Assembly: GCA_036567985.1 (NCBI GenBank)
Contig: DATCTK010000012.1
Location: 15,973-79,972 of the forward strand
Length of the DNA stretch: 64,000 nucleotides
Reading direction: 5' to 3'
Source of the DNA: Gammaproteobacteria bacterium
Lineage (GTDB): Bacteria > Pseudomonadota > Gammaproteobacteria > SZUA-229
This document shows, in pieces, positions 63,861 to 64,000 of this stretch. Made by a program: the position numbers and the translations under genes. A model generated the notes under the pieces. It made no database searches. It saw nothing but the letters and a program-made list of their open reading frames with translations, and was not told where the DNA came from. Numbering within the stretch: the stretch's first letter is position 1; every line of letters starts with the position of its first letter.

Positions 63861-64000
63861 ATATATTGCATCGCTATATTGGCAGGACCGTGATTGGCGG
63901 CAGTTTTATGGTGCTGCTGGTGCTGGGATCATTGCTGGCGTTTGTGGATTTTGTCTCCGAGCTGGATGAAGTGGGCAAGGGCAGTTACAGCATGTTTAAT
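63857..64000 (+). CDS. lptG: LPS export permease LptG, 5' end (partial)
   Basis: MNILHRYIGRTV...DFVSELDEVGKGSY, overlaps lptF stop (ATGA). Confidence 0.9.
   Translation, partial: MNILHRYIGRTVIGGSFMVLLVLGSLLAFVDFVSELDEVGKGSYSMFN

Overview
Mostly housekeeping chromosomal segment of a sulfur-oxidizing gammaproteobacterium. Gene order: proA(3' end)-nadD-rsfS-rlmH-maf-rng-yhdP-hyp-nitrilase; SDR; aspS; small ORF; nudB-nadA-esterase; PAS-GGDEF-EAL; ruvCAB-ybgC-tolQRAB-pal-cpoB-queE-queC; tRNA-Lys(UUU). A sulfur block follows (soxXYZA, bepA, dsrE2, rhodanese, FadL-type porin, tandem DUF302-like protein), then ilvIH-ilvC-pssA-leuA, a psi-motif/UDG-like gene-rimI-prfC, MFS, a class I adenylate cyclase-like gene and valS. 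An accessory block (phoX, GGDEF, TonB receptor) precedes hyp-holC-pepA and lptFG. No integrase, transposase, CRISPR array or rRNA was seen. The most unusual signals are mostly non-coding or degenerate: (1) a dispersed repeat family of GGA-loop hairpins resembling CsrA/RsmA sites, with five copies starting at terminator U-tracts; (2) a 268-bp structured MITE at a putative TonB-receptor transcription start; (3) ilvC broken by one amber codon; (4) a full-length CyaA homolog lacking its catalytic Asp pair; (5) a degenerate family-4 UDG carrying a Pol III psi-like N-terminus at the holD position; (6) an identical 18-bp motif upstream of soxX and of the DUF302-like gene. All protein calls come from motif recognition and synteny by eye, not from database searches.
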